NCBI GenBank assembly: GCA_963796455.1
Contig: CAWCLO010000007.1
Span: 1 to 64,000, forward strand
DNA length: 64,000 nucleotides
Reading direction: 5' to 3'
Origin: Candidatus Sulfomarinibacteraceae bacterium
GTDB taxonomy: Bacteria; Acidobacteriota; Thermoanaerobaculia; Thermoanaerobaculales; Sulfomarinibacteraceae
Positions 51,047 through 64,000 of the stretch are shown here, in pieces. The notes under the pieces are model-generated. The model saw nothing but the letters and a program-made list of their open reading frames with translations. It did not search any database and was not told the origin of the DNA. The position numbers and the translations under genes were made by a program. The stretch's first letter is position 1. Every line of letters starts with the position of its first letter.

Positions 51047-52078
51047 TCACGGATGACCGATATCCTCGACATCCGCATCAACCATCATCTTGACCAGTTC
51101 CTCGAATCCAACTTTGGGCTCCCAACCCAGTTGAGTGCGAACTTTGGTCGGATCTGCGAGCAACTCGTCCACCTCCGCCGGTCGGAAGTATCTGGGGTTG
51201 ACCACAACCCGTTTCGCACCATTTGTCCGATCGCGGCCGACCTCATCGATCCCGGCACCGGACCACTCGAGATCGATCCCGACACGGGCAAAGGCAGACT
51301 CGCAGAATTCGCGCACCGAATGGTGTTCACCGGTTCCCACCACCCAATCATCCGGTTCATCGGCCTGCAGGATGCGCCACATGGAATCGACAAAATCTCC
51401 GGCAAATCCCCAATCGCGTTTCGCTTCGAGGTTTCCCAAGGAAAGGTAATCACGCAGACCCGCCGCAATCTCGGCTACCGCACGGGTGATCTTTCGGGTT
51501 ACGAAGTTTTCTCCCCGGCGCGGCGACTCGTGGTTGAAGAGGATTCCGTTGGCGGCAAAGATACCGTGGGCCTCGCGAAAATTGATGGCCGTCCAGTATG
51601 CGAAAAGCTTGGCCACCGCGTAGGGTGAACGTGGGTGGAATGGGGTCCGCTCGTTTTGAGGAACCTCTTCGGCCTTGCCGAAGAGCTCCGACGAGGAAGC
51701 CTGGTAGAAGCGGGCATCGGGAGTGACCTGGCGCACCGCTTCGAGGAGACGGACAACACCGAGCCCCGACACATCGCCGGTATAGGTCGGCATGGTGAAA
51801 GAAATCCCGACGTGGGATTGGGCCGCGAGATTGTAGATCTCGTCCGGTCCCACTTCGACCAGAATCGTGGTCAAACTCTCGGTATCGCCGAGATCGCCGT
51901 AATGAAGATGAACGTGTTGTCTCCCAAGCGAGCTTTTTCGCAGATGATCGATCCGACCTCGGTTGAAGGTAGAGGACCGCCGAACGATGCCGTGAACCTC
52001 ATAGCCCTTTTCAAGCAGGTGTTCCGCCAGATAGGAACCGTCCTGCCCGGTAATGCCGGTGATCAATGCTCTTTTCAT
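51047..52078 (-). CDS. gmd: GDP-mannose 4,6-dehydratase
   Basis: [59 protein letters not shown]. Confidence 0.95.
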   Translation of the reverse strand: MKRALITGITGQDGSYLAEHLLEKGYEVHGIVRRSSTFNRGRIDHLRKSSLGRQHVHLHYGDLGDTESLTTILVEVGPDEIYNLAAQSHVGISFTMPTYTGDVSGLGVVRLLEAVRQVTPDARFYQASSSELFGKAEEVPQNERTPFHPRSPYAVAKLFAYWTAINFREAHGIFAANGILFNHESPRRGENFVTRKITRAVAEIAAGLRDYLSLGNLEAKRDWGFAGDFVDSMWRILQADEPDDWVVGTGEHHSVREFCESAFARVGIDLEWSGAGIDEVGRDRTNGAKRVVVNPRYFRPAEVDELLADPTKVRTQLGWEPKVGFEELVKMMVDADVEDIGHP

Positions 52079-52213
52079 GCGGGGGAGGATAGCAGAGGGC
52101 CTGATGGCTCTCAATTGTCAGTTGGGAGTTATCGGGTTTGAGGTTTGAGTTACCGGACAGCTCTCTCAACACGGCGCTGTTCTTGTTGACAACTCAAAAT
52201 TCGAGAATCAAAC

Positions 52214-53683
52214 CTAATCGACGCTGTAGTTCGGCGCTTCCTTTGTCACCACGATATCGTGGGCGTGGGATTCCTTGAGACCCGCACCCGTGACGCGGAC
52301 AAAGCGTGAATCCGAATGCAGTTGGCCGATGTTCGAACACCCCGACAGGCCCATTCCAGCGCGCAGCCCACCAACCAGCTGGGTGAGCTGGTCGGCCAAG
52401 GGGCCTTTGAACGGAACCATGCCCTCGATTCCTTCCGGAACCAGCTTCGACTGTTGGCTCGGGCTCTGGAAATAACGATCTCCAGAACCTTCGGCACCCT
52501 TCATCGCGCCGATTGAACCCATACCCCGGTAGGCCTTGAAGGTCCGCCCCTGATACAAAATCTGTTCGCCCGGAGACTCCTCGACACCCGCAAAGAGCGA
52601 ACCGATCATGACCACGTCAGCTCCTGCCGCCAGTGCCTTTGTGATGTCGCCCGAAAAACGGATCCCACCATCGGCAATCACGGGTATCCCATGCTCCGCA
52701 GCTGCCCGAGAGCACGCGAGGATCGCCGTGATCTGAGGCATTCCGGCACCGGTCACGACCCGGGTGGTACAGATGGACCCCGGGCCGATTCCAACCTTCA
52801 GCGCGTCGGCGCCGAGTTCGATCAGATCGCGAGCCGCCTTTTCGGTGGCAATGTTGCCGACGATCAGAGGCGTGTCCGGGAACCCTTTCTTGATCTGTCT
52901 GGTCGCATCCATGACGCCGCGGGAATGGGCATGGGAACTGTCGAGAAACAACAGATCGACGTGGCGCTCGATGAGGGCCGCACAGCGTTCGCTGACGTCG
53001 CCGGTGACACCTACCCCGGCGGCCACCCGCAACCGCCCCAGTTCGTCCTTGCACGCGGATGGATAGTCCTGAGCCTTTTTGATGTCCTTGACGGTGATCA
53101 ACCCTTTCAGGTTGCCGTCACCATCAACCACCAACAATTTCTCGATCCGGTTTTTGTGGAGAAGGGTTTTCGCCTCTTCGAGGGTGGTGCCGATCGACGC
53201 AGTCACCAGGTTGTCTTTGGTCATGAAGTCGGTGATCGGACGATCGAACTCGGAGCAGAACCTCAGGTCGCGATTGGTGAGGATGCCCTTGAGCTGACCC
53301 TGCGCATCAACCACCGGCAATCCCGATATCCGGTACCTCGCCATCACGTCCAATGCCTGCCGTACCGACTGGTCCGGGTGCACGGTGACAGGATCCACGA
53401 TCATTCCGGATTCCGACCTTTTGACCCTGTCCACCTCTTCAGCCTGCCGCTCGATCGACATGTTCTTGTGGATGACCCCGACACCACCGTACTGAGCCAT
53501 GGCAATAGCCATATTGGCCTCGGTGACCGTGTCCATCGCTGCCGAAACGATCGGCAGATTGAGGGAAATACCGCTCTTGGTAAGGCGGGCTGTGACATCG
53601 ATTTCATTCGGATGGACTTCGGATCGCCAGGGCACCAACAGAACATCATCAAAGGTCAGGCCGACGGGGATTTCCTGATTCAT
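52214..53683 (-). CDS. guaB: IMP dehydrogenase
   Basis: [21 protein letters not shown] pair, [25 protein letters not shown]. Confidence 0.96.
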   Translation of the reverse strand: MNQEIPVGLTFDDVLLVPWRSEVHPNEIDVTARLTKSGISLNLPIVSAAMDTVTEANMAIAMAQYGGVGVIHKNMSIERQAEEVDRVKRSESGMIVDPVTVHPDQSVRQALDVMARYRISGLPVVDAQGQLKGILTNRDLRFCSEFDRPITDFMTKDNLVTASIGTTLEEAKTLLHKNRIEKLLVVDGDGNLKGLITVKDIKKAQDYPSACKDELGRLRVAAGVGVTGDVSERCAALIERHVDLLFLDSSHAHSRGVMDATRQIKKGFPDTPLIVGNIATEKAARDLIELGADALKVGIGPGSICTTRVVTGAGMPQITAILACSRAAAEHGIPVIADGGIRFSGDITKALAAGADVVMIGSLFAGVEESPGEQILYQGRTFKAYRGMGSIGAMKGAEGSGDRYFQSPSQQSKLVPEGIEGMVPFKGPLADQLTQLVGGLRAGMGLSGCSNIGQLHSDSRFVRVTGAGLKESHAHDIVVTKEAPNYSVD

Positions 53684-53686
53684 GAG

Positions 53687-56476
<2,790 letters not shown>

Positions 56477-56644
56477 CCGATCTACCTCGCCGGATCATAA
56501 AATGCCGGGGCGTCCCCCCGGCGCTTTCGATCGATCCTTGGACCGACCATAAGTGCGCCGGTTCCCGGCAGACTAGAGCATGCAAGCCGGGATTGCAACG
56601 TTCATAGTCACCGATACCACCCCATATACAGGCGGTGTTGACTT

Positions 56645-56740
56645 CGATGCTGGATGCTCGATTCTCGATGCTGGATGCTGGTCCGTCGAGCATGAAAACC
56701 GACGGGCCGGCCAATCTAGCATCGAGCATCGAGCATCCGG
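56645..56740. repeat. Inverted heptamer arrays (GATGCTS)n / (SAGCATC)n between the M23 gene and secA
   Basis: cgatgctggatgctcgattctcgatgctggatgctgg faces tagcatcgagcatcgagcatccgg. Confidence 0.85.
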
Positions 56741-56751
56741 CCATCGCAACG

Positions 56752-56776
56752 AAAAACGCGCCCTCGCGGGCGCGTT
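56752..56776 (-). terminator. Rho-independent terminator after the M23 peptidase gene
   Basis: Minus strand AACGCGCCCGCGAGGGCGCGTTTTT. Confidence 0.75.
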
Positions 56777-56800
56777 CGAAAATGAATGAATCTTGCCGGC

Positions 56801-57682
56801 CTAAAATGCGTCCAGGATGTAATACAGCGGATTCTTGGCTACGCCCTCTTCGTGCACTTCGTAGTGGAGATGGGGGCCTGTGGAACGCCCGGAATTTCCG
56901 AGGAGACCAACTTCCTGACCGCGAATGATCTCGTCACCCGGCTCGACCGAGATCTTGTCGAGATGGCCGTAAACGGTGGTAAAACCAAAATCATGGGAGA
57001 CGCGAACAGTCTTCCCCAAACCGCCATTGCGGCCCGCAAAGACCACGATGCCGTCGGCCGGAGCGTGGATCGGCGTTCCCCGCCGCGCCGAGATATCGAG
57101 CCCGCGATGGAAGGCGAGACGTCCGGTAAATGGATCCTTCCGCCGACCAAAACCGTCAGTGATCAATCCCAGAACCGGTGCCACGGTGGGAGTCGAGGCC
57201 AGAACCTCGCCCTGCTTGGCGATCTGCCCTTCGACAATATTGAGTTGATCCCGAATCCAGCGCCCCTGCATGAGAAGCGCATCCGGTGATTCCGGAAGCC
57301 GATCGTAGGGACCACCGCTGCCGACCCTCGTCGTGGAGGTGCCGCCGCCTGAGAATCCGACCGCTTCCGCTTCCATACCCGCGGCCAGTGCCAGACGGGC
57401 GGTACGTTCTTCAAACTCATCGAGCCGGCCCTGGACCTCGGCGATGGTTACTTCGAGTTGTTGATTGACGCCGGTCAGCTCTGTGTTCTCGGTTTTCAGC
57501 CGCTGCATTTCAACCCGACGGTTGACAGCGCTGCCAGTGAAAGCGATCGCTATGACGGATAGAACCAGTGCAATGGCGGCGGCGCTGGCCGCAACTGCGA
57601 AAGTTCTCGTCGAGAACGAGAACTTGAGAAAACGTGCCTTACTATGCGGCACGATGATGATCGTGTTCAGCCGTTTCGGCAT
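56801..57682 (-). CDS. M23-family metallopeptidase with TM and coiled coil
   Basis: HRGLD, YGHL, GNSGRSTGPHLHYEV. Confidence 0.92.
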   Translation of the reverse strand: MPKRLNTIIIVPHSKARFLKFSFSTRTFAVAASAAAIALVLSVIAIAFTGSAVNRRVEMQRLKTENTELTGVNQQLEVTIAEVQGRLDEFEERTARLALAAGMEAEAVGFSGGGTSTTRVGSGGPYDRLPESPDALLMQGRWIRDQLNIVEGQIAKQGEVLASTPTVAPVLGLITDGFGRRKDPFTGRLAFHRGLDISARRGTPIHAPADGIVVFAGRNGGLGKTVRVSHDFGFTTVYGHLDKISVEPGDEIIRGQEVGLLGNSGRSTGPHLHYEVHEEGVAKNPLYYILDAF

Positions 57683-57843
57683 GCCCCCCCCTCCTTGCAT
57701 CGAGACCCGAGACAACCGCAGCTACGATGTCGCCCGCAGATTGTCCCATCACCAAATTGAGGTGTCAAACTCAAATTGGACATGCCTCCAAGAAAACGAT
57801 ATCACAAGGTGGGTCAAGAGTCGCTTGAATTCGCGAACTTATC

Positions 57844-60261
57844 TCAAGAAGATCTTTCCTTGTCATTCGTTCCTTTTCCCTTCGCAGCCTTTCTCATCAG
57901 GCTCACCATCTCCTCGAGGCGTTCTTGACAGGCCTCGTAGAGGGATCCCTTCGTCCATCCCCTGGAGGCACTCCATCTGCCGGCCGCCGTACCGGTGAGA
58001 AGCTCGATCCCGTCGTTAATCGAATCCACGGCCCAGACGTTGAAGTTTCCCTCCTCGACCACCTGCACGACCTCGTCGTCGAGGTGAAGATCACCGACGT
58101 TTGAAAGCGGAATCATGACACCCTGTTCACCGGTCAGACCCGCGCTCTTACAAACCTTGAAAAAACCCTCGATCTTGGCGTTGACTCCGCCGATCGCCTG
58201 CACGTTGCCGTATTGATCCACCGACCCTGTGACCGCGATGTCCTGTCGCAACGGGCGGCCCGACAGGCTGGAGAGAATGGCGTAGACCTCAGTGGAGGAC
58301 GCCGAATCACCGTCAATCCCCCCATAGGATTGTTCGAAGGTCACCGAACAACCCATGGTCAGGGGCGAGGTATGGGCGAAGGTCCCGCGCAGGAAACCGG
58401 TCAGAATGCTCACCCCTTTGTCATAACTGGGCCCCGACAGACCCGCCTGCCGTTCGATGTTGATCACGCCTTCGCGCCCCAATCCGACCCGCGCGGTGAT
58501 ACGCGAAGGTTTTCCGAAACGGTGGTGTCCGAGGTCGTAGACCGCCAGACCGTTGACCTGGCCGACCACCGATCCACGGGTGTCGATGCGAACCACCCCT
58601 TCGCTGATCACCTCCTGCGAACGATCCTCACTCAAGGAGTGGCGCCGCCGCCTCGCATCCCTCGCCTCGGTCACATGCTCTTTGGTGATGAGTTTGTCGC
58701 CCTGCGTCTCGGCCTGGTAGGACGACTCTCTCAAAACGTCGGAGAGATCGGAGAATCGGCTGGAGAACTTCCGTCTCCACCCACCCATCCGCACCGCCTC
58801 CTCGAGCATGGCCGCCATTCCGCTGCGATCGAGGTCGAGCAGCCCCTCCTCCACCAACACCTTTTTCAGAACCGACAACACGTCTTTGGCATGGTCCTGG
58901 CTTTTCTTGAGTACGGTGTCGAAATCCGCCAGAACCTTGAAGATCTTGGAAAAGTCACGGTCGTGGCGAAACAAGAGGTCGTACACAGCCTTGCTGCCGA
59001 TGATGACCACCTTGACATCGAGCGGCACCGGTTCCGGTTTGAGCAGGGCGGCGCCGTAAAACAGACTCTCCATCGACTGGATCTGGACGCGACGATATTT
59101 GAGAGCCCGTTTGAGCCCCGGCCAGACCCGGGGCTCCATCAACACGTCATCGGCGTTCAGAATCAGGAACCCGCCGTTGGCCCGCAGTAGTGACCCGGCC
59201 CGAATTCGCATGAAGGAAGTGGTCGATTCTCCGCCCTGGGTCAAGGTCCGTTCGACCGTACCGAAGAGGTTGGTGTAGCTGGGCTCTGTTTCCATGACCA
59301 CCGGTCGGCCCCTGACATCGGTGTTGTCCACCACGAGATTCACCCGCCATCGCAGAAACTGATCCACATCGCCCGGGACCTCTTCCTCATTGATCATGAA
59401 GAGTCCCAGGTTTTCGCCGAGATCGTTCGCCACCTCGTCAAGGTATTTCCCGCCGCGCGGATCGCCGACACTCCTGCGAATCCGGTCGACCGCCTCGTCA
59501 AAAGCAGGCTGGAGCAGCCTCCTCCTGACATCCTCGACCCGCGTCTGAACTTCCCGTCGAATCTCGGAGACCTGTTCGAAAACGTCACGAAAGCGTTCGG
59601 TCAAACCGCCGTGGACCTCCCGCATCCGTTCGACCTCGGACAGAGCGACCGTTCCCGCCTCGACCAGTTCGCCGAGCTTTTCGAGCGGCGTCGGCTGTTC
59701 ATCGACCACCGGAAGAATTTCCGGCCGGGTCACCATGCCGGCCTGGACCTGAACCAAAACAAAGCCGGCATCGGAGACCTCTTTTTCGAAGCCTTCGACG
59801 AGCTTCCGTTCCTGTTTTTGCAGCGGCTCCACCGCTCGCTCGATTCGTGACCGGAAGTCGCGATCGTTGAGTATCGCCGGAAGGTTGTGCGACAGCTCCT
59901 CGATCAGGTCCTCCATGCCGGTCCTGAGGCGTTGACCGGCACCGGCCTTGAGAAAGACCGCACAGGGCTCTTCAGGCTGTCTGAAATTGAAAACGAAACA
60001 GATATCGTCCGGGCTCTCGTCGGCTTCGGTGAGTTTCTTGACGAAGCTCTTGATCGTCGTCAAACGCCCGGTTCCCGACATTCCGGTGACGAACACGTTG
60101 AAACCGATGCCTCGCATCGCCAGCCCGAAGGCAATCGCATCGGCCGCCCTGTCCTGGGCCACGATGGTTGCGGCCGGTTTGACTGATTTGGAGCTCTTGC
60201 TCGGCAGCCAGCTCTTCGGACATCGCCATGAAAGGTCCTTTGCGCGGAGCGATCGAATCAT
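57844..60261 (-). CDS. Lon-like (LonC/AAA_32 + S16) protease
   Basis: GMSGTGRLT, PSYTNLFG, GSLLRANGG, GQVNGL, FEQSYGGIDGDSAS, GGVNAKIEGFF. Start overlaps the MMPL stop. Confidence 0.88.
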   Translation of the reverse strand: MIRSLRAKDLSWRCPKSWLPSKSSKSVKPAATIVAQDRAADAIAFGLAMRGIGFNVFVTGMSGTGRLTTIKSFVKKLTEADESPDDICFVFNFRQPEEPCAVFLKAGAGQRLRTGMEDLIEELSHNLPAILNDRDFRSRIERAVEPLQKQERKLVEGFEKEVSDAGFVLVQVQAGMVTRPEILPVVDEQPTPLEKLGELVEAGTVALSEVERMREVHGGLTERFRDVFEQVSEIRREVQTRVEDVRRRLLQPAFDEAVDRIRRSVGDPRGGKYLDEVANDLGENLGLFMINEEEVPGDVDQFLRWRVNLVVDNTDVRGRPVVMETEPSYTNLFGTVERTLTQGGESTTSFMRIRAGSLLRANGGFLILNADDVLMEPRVWPGLKRALKYRRVQIQSMESLFYGAALLKPEPVPLDVKVVIIGSKAVYDLLFRHDRDFSKIFKVLADFDTVLKKSQDHAKDVLSVLKKVLVEEGLLDLDRSGMAAMLEEAVRMGGWRRKFSSRFSDLSDVLRESSYQAETQGDKLITKEHVTEARDARRRRHSLSEDRSQEVISEGVVRIDTRGSVVGQVNGLAVYDLGHHRFGKPSRITARVGLGREGVINIERQAGLSGPSYDKGVSILTGFLRGTFAHTSPLTMGCSVTFEQSYGGIDGDSASSTEVYAILSSLSGRPLRQDIAVTGSVDQYGNVQAIGGVNAKIEGFFKVCKSAGLTGEQGVMIPLSNVGDLHLDDEVVQVVEEGNFNVWAVDSINDGIELLTGTAAGRWSASRGWTKGSLYEACQERLEEMVSLMRKAAKGKGTNDKERSS

Positions 60262-62768
60262 GAGTCCTCCTTGAGAAACAGCAATGCGGGCAGCAACGTG
60301 ATCCCGAGCAACGCCGTCGCGAGCGCACCCAGAATCGCTGCGGCGCCCACCGAACGCAAGCCCGGATAATGCGAGAGCACCAACGAACCAAATCCCACCA
60401 TGGTCGTCAGCGCCGCCACGGCGATCGCCTTGGCGGTTTCGGTCACCTGGCCGACATCGCCCGCGGTCTCGTAGAAACGGTGAAGAAAGTGAATACCGTA
60501 ATCCACACCGATGCCGACGATCATGGTCAAAACAAAAATGTTGAAGAAATTCAATCGAAGCCCGAGGAAGGCCATGCCTCCAAGCATCCAGACCATCCCG
60601 AGAAAAAGCGGCAGAAGCGCCAACAAGGCGCGGAGCGGGCCACCCAGATCCCACCACATGAGAATGAAAACAGCCACGATCCCGACCAGTGAGGCCTTGA
60701 TGACGTCGCCCCACACGATCTTGCGTAACTCGGCAGAGATGACGTTCGGCCCGGCAAGAATCGCCCCCGGGTGGCGGGCCACCACTTCGTGCAGGGCTGG
60801 TGAGGCGCCTCGCCGCCATTCTCCGACCGGAGGGTAGAGATACATTGCGGCCGAAACCTCATCATCGGCCGCCGCCACATAGCGGTCGACGACCCTGGCC
60901 AGAGGGGTGCCGGCAAGATCATCGAGCGAAAGTGGGTTTCTGCGACCAAGGGCGGTCGTCAGATGCTGGATCCCCTCGCTGAATGCGGCCGGGTTGAGAC
61001 CGCTCGAAACCAGAGCCTCGGCAAAACGATCCTCAAGCCCTTCGACCTCCGGTTCGGCCGCACGCAGGCGATCGATCAACTGTTGCTGCACATCGATTGG
61101 CGGGATGACTCCGGCAATGGTGTCGATCCCAACCAGATTCACACCATCGACCAGCTCTTCGAGTTCGGGCAGGATCGCGCGACACCGCGCCAACGCGTCG
61201 ACCTCGTCGGAACCGTCGAGCCGCAGGACCATCGGCGTGAATCGCAATTCGAATGCATCCATGATTTCCTGGCGAAGCTGGATCGCTCTGTTGTCGCCTG
61301 ACCTCATGTTGCGAAAATCGTCGTCCCACTCGAGCCCGCGAATGCCGTACGCAAAGACGAGGGTCACGACTGCCGCGAGAAAAACCGTGACCCGGGGCCG
61401 CCGCACGCTGGCCCTGCAGATCCCCTCGGCCCCGAATGAGTGGAGCCGGTGCGGCCTCACGTGGCCCTTCCAATTGGAGACGAAGGTCAACAGCGCGGGC
61501 AGCAGCACATAGACTGTGACGACGAGCAGGAGAATCCCGGTGCCGGTGAGCAATCCGAGTTCCCAGAGACCGGCAAAATCGGTCACCAGGAACGAAAAGA
61601 AAGTGGCCGAGGTCGTGACCGCGCCGAGCAGAACCCCAACACCGGTGTATCGCCCCATCGCGTCGACTGCGTCTTCATGAGACGCCCCGGACTGGCGTTC
61701 CTCGAGATAACGGGCATACAAAACGATGATGAAATCGATTCCGAGACCGATGACGAGACCACCGAATGCCGAGGTGAGCGAGTTGATCCGACCGAGGGTC
61801 ACGGCGGCAAAACTGAAGGTCAACGCGATGCCAGTCACCAGCGGAAAAAATGCATAGATCAGCGCCGCTCGGCTCCTGAAAGCGAGCAGGAAGAGCAGCA
61901 TCACCCCCGCCAACGACGAAACCAGCCCTACCACCATGTCCGAAGTGATCAACCTCGCGTCGTCGAGAGCTACGAGATAGCCACCGGTGAATTCGACTCG
62001 CGGCGCGGACCGCTCACCTGTCTCTTCGATCCACTCGGCCTGCAGTTCAGCCATTCGGATCAAGAGGCCAGCCGCCAACCGGCGGTCGAAGGCCAGATCC
62101 TGGGCCGGCCGTATGGGCTTGGCCATCATCAGCAGGAACTGACGGTTTTTGTCGATCAAACAACCGGTTTCGGGGTCGACCCGGACACCAACGCCGCCAA
62201 ACCGGACCCTGGCCAGGATGCGCGGCAGCAGCCCCATCGGATCGAGTCGGATGAGATCTTTTGTCACCAGGCTCTGAGGAGTCATGATCTGAGCCCGCAG
62301 CTTTGCAGCCGTCTCCTGGAGACCTTCTTCGTCGAGCCCTGCGAGGATCTCTTCGAGTTCCGCCGGTTCCAGGAAGAGCGTGGCTCGATCGAGGAGCGGC
62401 ACCGCCGCGTCGGCGGCGCTGTCGACCCGATACTCTACCCAGTCGATCATTTCCCAATCACGGAATGAGGAGGCGACCAGTTCGGCGAAATCGAGGGTGG
62501 TTTCGGTTGCGCGCTCCGGGTCGAGGTGGACAACGACCAGCAGGGTATCCACTGATCCAAAGCGCTCGACGGTCGTCCTGAATCCATCCACCACCGGGTT
62601 GTTTCGCGGCACCAGGGACAGGATGTCGGTTTCGATTTTGACCTGGAAGGCCAGGAGACCGGCCGCCAGCCAGGCAATTATGGCGGCAATCGCGGCGATC
62701 CGTGGGTGGAGGCGACCAAAACGAACCAGGAAGAGAGGCAGCCGCCGTGGCAGCAAGCCACGCCTCAC
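60258..62768 (-). CDS. MMPL/RND-family transporter
   Basis: Two TM bundles with GLGIDF and GIGVDYGIH, plus large periplasmic loops. GTGA overlap with the pgsA stop. Confidence 0.85.
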   Translation of the reverse strand: MRRGLLPRRLPLFLVRFGRLHPRIAAIAAIIAWLAAGLLAFQVKIETDILSLVPRNNPVVDGFRTTVERFGSVDTLLVVVHLDPERATETTLDFAELVASSFRDWEMIDWVEYRVDSAADAAVPLLDRATLFLEPAELEEILAGLDEEGLQETAAKLRAQIMTPQSLVTKDLIRLDPMGLLPRILARVRFGGVGVRVDPETGCLIDKNRQFLLMMAKPIRPAQDLAFDRRLAAGLLIRMAELQAEWIEETGERSAPRVEFTGGYLVALDDARLITSDMVVGLVSSLAGVMLLFLLAFRSRAALIYAFFPLVTGIALTFSFAAVTLGRINSLTSAFGGLVIGLGIDFIIVLYARYLEERQSGASHEDAVDAMGRYTGVGVLLGAVTTSATFFSFLVTDFAGLWELGLLTGTGILLLVVTVYVLLPALLTFVSNWKGHVRPHRLHSFGAEGICRASVRRPRVTVFLAAVVTLVFAYGIRGLEWDDDFRNMRSGDNRAIQLRQEIMDAFELRFTPMVLRLDGSDEVDALARCRAILPELEELVDGVNLVGIDTIAGVIPPIDVQQQLIDRLRAAEPEVEGLEDRFAEALVSSGLNPAAFSEGIQHLTTALGRRNPLSLDDLAGTPLARVVDRYVAAADDEVSAAMYLYPPVGEWRRGASPALHEVVARHPGAILAGPNVISAELRKIVWGDVIKASLVGIVAVFILMWWDLGGPLRALLALLPLFLGMVWMLGGMAFLGLRLNFFNIFVLTMIVGIGVDYGIHFLHRFYETAGDVGQVTETAKAIAVAALTTMVGFGSLVLSHYPGLRSVGAAAILGALATALLGITLLPALLFLKEDS

Positions 62769-63331
62769 TGCTCGTCCTCCAGTACAACGCTGCGGTTCTG
62801 CCAAAAATAAACAACCATCGAGGCGACGGTGAACATCACCGTCAGCCACAGGGCCAACAACCCGATCACATCCCACGTGTGGGAACTGAGCTTGAAGATG
62901 ACGTCCGGATTCAAACTGTAGATCAGGATCGAAACCGTGATGATCTGGATCGTGGTCTTGGCCTTTCCGAGCCAGTTCGCGGAAATGGCGATTCCCTTCT
63001 CGAGGGCGATCATCCGCAGCGCCGTCACCGCGAACTCGCGACCAACCACCAGGGTGACCATCCACGCCGGCGCCTGGTCAAGCTCGACCAGGGAAATAAA
63101 TGCGGCGCTCATCAACAGCTTGTCGGCAATCGGATCGAGCATTGCACCGGTGGTCGTGATGGTCTCGGTCCGGCGGGCTATAATTCCGTCAAGGGCATCG
63201 GTCAAGGCCGCCAACAAGAAAATGCCAAGACCCCAGTACTCCTTGTCAGGAACTTCGGTCAACAACACAACCACGAGGAGCGGCACGAGAAAGATGCGAA
63301 ACAATGTCAGCAAATTTGGAATATTCCACAT
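62765..63331 (-). CDS. pgsA: CDP-diacylglycerol--glycerol-3-phosphate 3-phosphatidyltransferase
   Basis: NIPNLLTLFR, TDALDGIIARR...GAMLDPIADK, GREFAV, GKAKT. Confidence 0.92.
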   Translation of the reverse strand: MWNIPNLLTLFRIFLVPLLVVVLLTEVPDKEYWGLGIFLLAALTDALDGIIARRTETITTTGAMLDPIADKLLMSAAFISLVELDQAPAWMVTLVVGREFAVTALRMIALEKGIAISANWLGKAKTTIQIITVSILIYSLNPDVIFKLSSHTWDVIGLLALWLTVMFTVASMVVYFWQNRSVVLEDEQ

Positions 63332-63469
63332 CTTCAACTCCCTCGGGGCCCGAATGACATCGGACGCCCTGCATCATACCGTTCGCCAGATAATTGTGGG
63401 CGCGATCTCGGGGTCCGATGATTCTAGCCGGGAAAGGGCCGGCCGTCACCTGGAGTCGAGAATCTCTCG

Positions 63470-64000
63470 ATGAGGGTCACCTCCCACTGCATCAATCATC
63501 CCTCGAAGGATGCCTCCACCCGCTGCCGAAGCTGCGGCAAATGGTTGTGCGACCAGTGTTTCCAAAGGTTCGGGACCCGCGTCTACTGCGATCGAAAATG
63601 CCACGTCCGAGGTCTGCTTCACGACTCACTCGGGAAAGCTCTCGATATTGCTCGCGGACCGGTACACGCCGCCTGGGTGATCGCGGTTGTCGCTTCGGCC
63701 TCCGCCCTGCTCCTGACCGTCGTCGGGATCATGGTCGCCGACCTTGCCGAGGTTCGGGCCGGGCTCGGACGGATCGAGGCGGCCCGTACTCAGCTCGATC
63801 CCGAGCTCTCCGCATCCTTTCAGCAGGACGAAAACGGCGTCAGGGTCGACATCGGCGGGCGGGCCGAATCCCGGGTCCTCGTCTTGGTTGACGATCGCCC
63901 TCTCGAGGTGGTGAACGTCGACGACAGTGGTCGCGCCTCTTCGTCGGTACTCGACCCATCGACCCCGACCGAGTCCATTCGAATCGTGCAACTGGCAGGT
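63470..64000 (+). CDS. B-box-like zinc-finger membrane protein (runs off the window end; absent from the ORF track)
   Basis: MRVTSHCINHP...CRSCGKWLCDQC...YCDRKC, then a TM helix. Frame is open to 64000. Confidence 0.7.
   Translation, partial: MRVTSHCINHPSKDASTRCRSCGKWLCDQCFQRFGTRVYCDRKCHVRGLLHDSLGKALDIARGPVHAAWVIAVVASASALLLTVVGIMVADLAEVRAGLGRIEAARTQLDPELSASFQQDENGVRVDIGGRAESRVLVLVDDRPLEVVNVDDSGRASSSVLDPSTPTESIRIVQLAG

Noticed and set aside
60262..60819. Long N-terminal extension of the Lon-like ORF (and 62769-63065 for MMPL)
   Set aside because: The extensions overlap the upstream genes. Coupled starts at 60261 and 62768 fit better.

Overview
GC-rich bacterial chromosome segment. The gene mix suggests an Acidobacteriota/Thermoanaerobaculia-like anaerobe, but that is inference only. 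Bases 1-35 look like a Nanopore adapter remnant and the first ~6 kb carry many indels, so the broken chemotaxis genes there are probably read errors. Content in order: a cheA-W-Y-B-R-X operon; a convergent sigma54-driven DUF4388/MshEN-like/CheX/V4R signalling cluster; an alternative complex III operon (actABCDEF plus a small actG-like gene); ltaE; an SBP-MCP pair; two SGNH-like paralogs; glgA; a HAL2-type nucleotidase; purF; pcm; a DUF6600 protein; DUF4097 genes; an OPT transporter; ompA-like; ftcD; gmd; guaB; secA; an M23 peptidase; a LonC-type protease; an MMPL transporter; pgsA. The least explained signal is intergenic. (1) A ~0.8 kb cassette holds a four-helix-bundle gene inside complementary arms, and its RBS is locked in a 22-bp stem. 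It occurs as two full copies and three gene-less copies, with no transposase in the window. (2) A conserved 40-nt head occurs three times and is followed at the same position by different tandem arrays. (3) Nested inverted simple-repeat arms pile up at a few hotspots. No rRNA, tRNA, CRISPR array or transposase was seen. All alignments and base pairings were done by eye.
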